Shown here: piece by piece, positions 59,635 to 64,000 of the stretch
How positions within the stretch are numbered: position 1 is the stretch's first letter
How the letters are laid out: every line of letters starts with the position of its first letter
From: an uncultured Desulfatitalea sp.
Lineage (GTDB): Bacteria; Desulfobacterota; Desulfobacteria; Desulfobacterales; Desulfosarcinaceae
Assembly (NCBI GenBank): GCA_963668675.2
Contig: CAXXMB010000001.1
Span: 800,001-864,000, forward strand
Direction: 5' to 3'
DNA length: 64,000 bases
Translations under genes and position numbers: made by a program
The notes under the pieces: model-generated
Databases searched by the model: none
What the model saw: only the letters and a program-made list of their open reading frames with translations
What the model was told of the DNA's origin: nothing

Positions 59635-60502
59635 AAAACACGCCTGCAGGCTGCCCATAGACGTAATATTCCCTTACCTCAAACCCCTGAATCCTATCCC
59701 CACCCGTCTTCAGAGCAAAGGCGGTCTGAAACCGCCGATCCGCTGCCTGTTGTGCGACCTGTACGGCACCCTGCTGATCAGCGGCAGCGGTGATGTCGGA
59801 CAGGACCAGCTGCAGCCCCCGCCCTTGGAGCGGCTAAGCGTTTTACTGAAGCATTACGCCATCTCCCAGTCTGCCGAGGAGCTCTTAGAGGCACTGCGTG
59901 AGGCGATTAAAAGCGAGCATATCAAGGCGAAGGAACGCGGCATCGACTATCCCGAAGTACAAATCGAAACGATCTGGCAGCAGATCCTGCCCTCAAAAGC
60001 GCGAGAGGAGCTCGTGCGATTCGCCATCGAATTCGAGATGGTGTTCAATCCGGTATGGCCCATGCCCCATCTCCCGGAACTGCTCACCAGCTGCCGGGAA
60101 CTGGACATCCCGCTAGGCATCATCTCCAACGCCCAGTTTTTTACCCCCCCTCTTTTCGAGTGGCTTGCGGGCGCACCCCTGAATCAATTGGGGTTCAGCG
60201 CCGAGTTGACCTTTTTTTCATATCGGCACGGCATTGCCAAGCCGTCAGACCGGCTCTTTCGCATGGCCACAGAGCAACTGAAAGCGTCAGGCATCGATCC
60301 CCGTCAGACTGCTTATATCGGCAACGACATGCTAAAAGACATTCTGCCCGCACATCGGCAGGGGTTTCAGACCATACTCTTTGCCGGAGACGCAAGATCA
60401 CTTCGAATACGTGAGGAAGATCTTCTAATCGACACGCTTGGGCCAGATTTGATTGTCACCGAGTTGAATCAGGTGATATCGTGGCTGCAACCCAATGATT
60501 GA
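59627..60502 (+). CDS. HAD-superfamily hydrolase/phosphatase
   Basis: Motif I DLYGTL, motif II ISNAQ, motif III AKP and motif IV YIGNDMLKD; overlaps the GT stop by 8 nt. Confidence 0.85.
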   Translation: MDEKHACRLPIDVIFPYLKPLNPIPTRLQSKGGLKPPIRCLLCDLYGTLLISGSGDVGQDQLQPPPLERLSVLLKHYAISQSAEELLEALREAIKSEHIKAKERGIDYPEVQIETIWQQILPSKAREELVRFAIEFEMVFNPVWPMPHLPELLTSCRELDIPLGIISNAQFFTPPLFEWLAGAPLNQLGFSAELTFFSYRHGIAKPSDRLFRMATEQLKASGIDPRQTAYIGNDMLKDILPAHRQGFQTILFAGDARSLRIREEDLLIDTLGPDLIVTELNQVISWLQPND

Positions 60503-60533
60503 AACAGTTCCAAACAGGAAAGGATAGCGACAT

Positions 60534-62333
60534 ATGACCTCCACTGAAAAGCCTGAAACGGCTGCTGCTACCGAAACAGAACCGGTGTATGTGCCCGGAC
60601 AAAGCCCTCAGATGGATGCATGGTTCACTTCGTTCTTCATCGAGAACCATCTCGACTACTTCACCAACCCGGAAAAAGCTGCCACTGAAGAGCAGGTTCG
60701 ATTCATGGTCTACACCGAACCCAATGACCGTTACTACCCCTGCTCGGACAAGATGTTTGCCGCTATCATCGCAAGGAAGAACTCGGCCCACATCCAAAAA
60801 GCTTACAACAGAGTCCTACAGCGGCTCCTGGCCCTTATCGATAATCAGATCGAAGACAGTCAGGAGAAGATCTATCTCGAATCGCTGATCTTCAACAAAT
60901 ACCAGCACGAAACCCGCGATGAGATCATGATACCATCCAGGCTGGAGAAGCGCCTCATGCGCATATACTTGAACCGCACCCACATTGAAGACCCCTACAT
61001 GGTGGAAAAAGCGACGCGCAATGCAAACGCCCAGGCCCTCATCGATGATCCTGCATTCAAGCAGGCCCTTAACCACGTGGACGAAGCTGCCCTGAAGAAC
61101 CCTCCCAAGACGCTGGACGATATCAAACGCCAAATCGCTTCGCTCGAATTCCAGCGGTTGCTCTGCATCTCCAACTCACCGGAGCTGTGGGAGGGCAATG
61201 AGCCCCAGGCACGTAGCGAGGAGGAGTATCTCGCCATCTTCGAGAAGGAGATCACCGGGAATGGAAAGAGACCGCTTCTTAACTTCCTGGGGTTTGGAAG
61301 AGAACACACCCCCAAGCGGCGCATGATTCTGTGGCTGGCCGATGAGGCCGGCCAGGTGGTTGCCGACCTGGCTGTGATCCGCCACTTGGTCGCTCACGGC
61401 AACAAAGTCATTATCGCCTTCAAAAAGGGACCGCTCTACACCAAGACCGATATTATTGACATCACAGACGACAAGGTGCTTTGCAGAGCCATCGGGCAGG
61501 CCGTGATTGTGGAAGATCCCAGCCTGAGCAAAAACGCTCTGGTTCGCACCCTGCGCGGCGACACTCCGCTTCTTGTCCTGTCGGACGGCACCAGCGAAAA
61601 TCTCAATCTCATCCTCGTCTCCACAAGCTTCGCCCGCATCTTCAAAGAGGTGGACGGTGTCATCTCAAGAGGGATGGACCAACGCCGCCGCTTTTTCAAC
61701 GCTAGATTTCAATTCACCCAGGATGTCTTCAGCATCGCACCGGGGGAGGACGGCAGCATCTCCATCATGTACAAGCCGCGCCACCCCAAGGTGATAAAAT
61801 TCTCCCACAGCGACCTGGAGCAGAAAGCCAAAAAGATCATCGACCAGATGAAGAGTGCCAAAGAGAAGGGAATGACCGTCATCTTTTATAGTGGCATCAT
61901 CGGATCGATCCCCGGAAAAATAGAGACCGCCAAGAAGATCATGTCGCTCTTCGTGGACCATCTGACCCAGCAATCCTCGCTCACCTTCATCATCAACCCG
62001 TCCCAGTACTATGAACCGGGAATGGATGCCGACGACCTGATGTACATGTGGGAGATTGTCCAGCGCAGTGGCATGATCGATATCTGGCGTTTCCAAACCT
62101 ACGAGGACATCGCAACGTCCTTCAAGCTCATGAACCAGAAGATCCCGCCCGAGTGGGTCGGCAAAGACGCCACCTACAGCACCGGCTGCACCAAGGAGAT
62201 GGCCATCGCCGTGGACGTGCAGGAGCACCACCCTGAGATGCAGATTATCGGCCCGGCAAGGGAGCGCTTCATGCGGAGAAAGGACTATGGTGTTGGATCG
62301 ATGTACGACCGGCGCCTTGGGCCGGTGTGTTAG
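60534..62333 (+). CDS. ARMT1/DUF89-like domain protein with a C-terminal nucleoside-deoxyribosyltransferase (DUF4406)-like domain
   Basis: Middle region WLADEAGQVVAD...FKKGP...VISRGM recalls DUF89. C-terminus IFYSGIIG...IINP...YSTGCTKEMAIA recalls the NDT/DUF4406 fold. The gene is secure; the domain calls are by eye. Confidence 0.6.
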   Translation: MTSTEKPETAAATETEPVYVPGQSPQMDAWFTSFFIENHLDYFTNPEKAATEEQVRFMVYTEPNDRYYPCSDKMFAAIIARKNSAHIQKAYNRVLQRLLALIDNQIEDSQEKIYLESLIFNKYQHETRDEIMIPSRLEKRLMRIYLNRTHIEDPYMVEKATRNANAQALIDDPAFKQALNHVDEAALKNPPKTLDDIKRQIASLEFQRLLCISNSPELWEGNEPQARSEEEYLAIFEKEITGNGKRPLLNFLGFGREHTPKRRMILWLADEAGQVVADLAVIRHLVAHGNKVIIAFKKGPLYTKTDIIDITDDKVLCRAIGQAVIVEDPSLSKNALVRTLRGDTPLLVLSDGTSENLNLILVSTSFARIFKEVDGVISRGMDQRRRFFNARFQFTQDVFSIAPGEDGSISIMYKPRHPKVIKFSHSDLEQKAKKIIDQMKSAKEKGMTVIFYSGIIGSIPGKIETAKKIMSLFVDHLTQQSSLTFIINPSQYYEPGMDADDLMYMWEIVQRSGMIDIWRFQTYEDIATSFKLMNQKIPPEWVGKDATYSTGCTKEMAIAVDVQEHHPEMQIIGPARERFMRRKDYGVGSMYDRRLGPVC

Positions 62334-62514
62334 CGAGGCTATCCGCATAAGGCGCACGATTGCCTCAAAAACAGAAAGAATACAGCTAACCGAATCTAAG
62401 AGAAATAATGGCCTCATTAAACCCAGAACATATCCAAGCCGTCATCAAGGCAATAAACAATGGACCCTTAAATTATTTTGGTCAAGGCAATGGTGATACC
62501 AGGAAATCGAACTT

Positions 62515-64000
62515 TTACATAGGAATTCTGAATTTCCCCCCATCCTTTTCCCGATAGAGCAAATACCCCTTCTCGCGGGCAAACAGGTAGAGATCCCTGG
62601 TGATGAGAACATCCTTTCGGCAGTAGTCGATGATCAGGTCCATTCTGCCCCGCTGCCACCACTCAAGGGCATCGAGACCGCTCCCGCTTTTGCTTTGACC
62701 CAGGGTTGCCTCGGCGATGTGATCCAGGGACAGACGAAACCCGAGACGACGCTTGACGGCTTCGAGAATATCGAAGGCGGGCAGCTGCATGAAGTCGAAG
62801 TCAGTGTAGCCGTTGAGAACCTTGTAGTCGAATTGCTTGCTGTTGAATCCGACCACCAGATCGAGTCGTTGCAAATGGGCGATCAGTTGTTGGATCTGCT
62901 TCTCTTCGTAGACGACGAAGCGATCTTCTCTGCTGTCATAGACGACGCCGCAGCTGACCCGCATCAGATGGGCCATATGCCATCCCCCGACCTCACGGGC
63001 GGAGCGCTGTGTCTCGAGGTCGAAAACACCGAAGGTCTTGGGGTGAGATGCAAACAGATCCTCAGGCAGTCCATCCGGCACTGGCATGGGCACCGCCTGG
63101 GGGGCAACCGATGCTGACGGTCCGGGTTTCGACAGCATCGACAACAGTAATGCAGCCCCCTCTTTGTCGATGGGGTGGTTTCCGGATCCGCATTTTGGGG
63201 AGTGGACGCAGGCCGGGCACCCACCTTCACACGGGCATCGTTCGATGACAGCTATCGTGATCCCGACCAATTCTCCGGCACGTTCATAGGCCTGTTCGCT
63301 GAATCCGGCGCCGCCGGGCACGCCGTCGTAGATAAAGATGGCGGCACTTCCGGTTTGAGCGTGAAAGGAGGTGGAGAGGCCTCCCACATCGTTGCGATCC
63401 GCAAGAACCAGCATCGGCATCATGCTGATGGCGGCGTGTTCGGCGGCGTGCAAAGCCCCCATTAAATCGTGCCCCTCCTGCTGAACTTCCCGGCACAGGT
63501 CGGGGGGAATGTCGAACCATAGGCCTTTTGTCTCGAACAATATCGGTGGCACATCCAGAAAGCGCTGTCGTATCTTCTCTCCAGTGAGGGTGCGCACCAG
63601 ATCGTATCCGGTGACGCTGTCCGTGATCTTGATCCGACCGATGCAGACGTTTGTCCGACCGATCAATTGGTGCGCCTCGAGATGGATGATCTCCACGTCC
63701 GTGTGGCTGCGCACTTTGGTGTAGTAGTCCACCGTGGCGGAAATCACACGGATGCTGTTATTATCGCTATCCACCGATTCCACCCGATAGGTGCGGCCCT
63801 GGCTGAGGTAGATGGCGCCGGGATGGGTTTCGCGATAGAGACGGTGGGCGTCTATCTCACCAATGGTGTATCCGGATAGCGTATCAATAATCCGGTAGCG
63901 ATCCCCCGTTCCTCGAAGGTTGACGCTCATTTGAGGGCGCTTTCTGCGGCTGTGCAGCCGAGTACCGTCGGCGGTTCGCTTCAGCTGCCCCGAGCGCTCC
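62515..64000 (-). CDS. 3' part of an SF2 helicase with DUF1998 (MrfA/Hrq1/YprA-like) fused to an RNase H-like DEDD exonuclease; 5' end is outside the window
   Basis: HPGAIYL, HAAEHA, IFIYDGVPGGAG and CPCEGGCPACVHSPKC, then FDLETQ, GFN..FD and YCRKDV. The frame stays open to the window edge. Confidence 0.88.
   Translation of the reverse strand, partial: ERSGQLKRTADGTRLHSRRKRPQMSVNLRGTGDRYRIIDTLSGYTIGEIDAHRLYRETHPGAIYLSQGRTYRVESVDSDNNSIRVISATVDYYTKVRSHTDVEIIHLEAHQLIGRTNVCIGRIKITDSVTGYDLVRTLTGEKIRQRFLDVPPILFETKGLWFDIPPDLCREVQQEGHDLMGALHAAEHAAISMMPMLVLADRNDVGGLSTSFHAQTGSAAIFIYDGVPGGAGFSEQAYERAGELVGITIAVIERCPCEGGCPACVHSPKCGSGNHPIDKEGAALLLSMLSKPGPSASVAPQAVPMPVPDGLPEDLFASHPKTFGVFDLETQRSAREVGGWHMAHLMRVSCGVVYDSREDRFVVYEEKQIQQLIAHLQRLDLVVGFNSKQFDYKVLNGYTDFDFMQLPAFDILEAVKRRLGFRLSLDHIAEATLGQSKSGSGLDALEWWQRGRMDLIIDYCRKDVLITRDLYLFAREKGYLLYREKDGGKFRIPM

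Noticed and set aside
61665..62417. 250-aa antisense ORF, and similar ones at 48974-49696 and 34548-35204
   Set aside because: They overlap well-supported genes on the other strand.

Overview
A 64 kb chromosomal segment, most likely from a Desulfobacterales-type sulfate-reducing deltaproteobacterium (inferred from gene content only). It appears to span the replication terminus: a 28-bp dif site lies at 20244-20271, and the KOPS octamers I found flip orientation across it. Left of dif is the distal part of an AT-rich surface-polysaccharide locus (1-15982). It encodes a sulfotransferase, a Wzy-like polymerase, GT4s, UDP-sulfoquinovose synthase, sugar dehydratases/epimerases, an initiating phosphoglycosyltransferase, WaaL and a GT25, and is followed by an atypical GlmU-like gene and glmM. 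Right of dif are xseA-xseB-ispA-dxs-tlyA, an EF-G paralogue, an SPL-family radical SAM enzyme, a bacterial cereblon, ihfB, tRNA-Leu(UAA), an isolated recC and xerD. These are followed by an incomplete pfa-type iterative PKS locus (pfaD, an HTH gene, and pfaA with three near-identical ACP repeats), a degenerate class III cyclase, a REC-GGDEF protein and manA. Next comes a tightly packed five-gene run: queE, queC, a glycosyltransferase, a HAD hydrolase and an ARMT1-like + NDT-like fusion. The window ends in a partial MrfA/DUF1998 helicase-exonuclease fusion. I saw no CRISPR array, IS element or prophage. The best candidates for undescribed biology are the queEC-linked operon with its fusion protein, the sulfoquinovose/sulfate glycan locus and the split pfa locus. 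All family calls come from reading motifs by eye; no searches were run.
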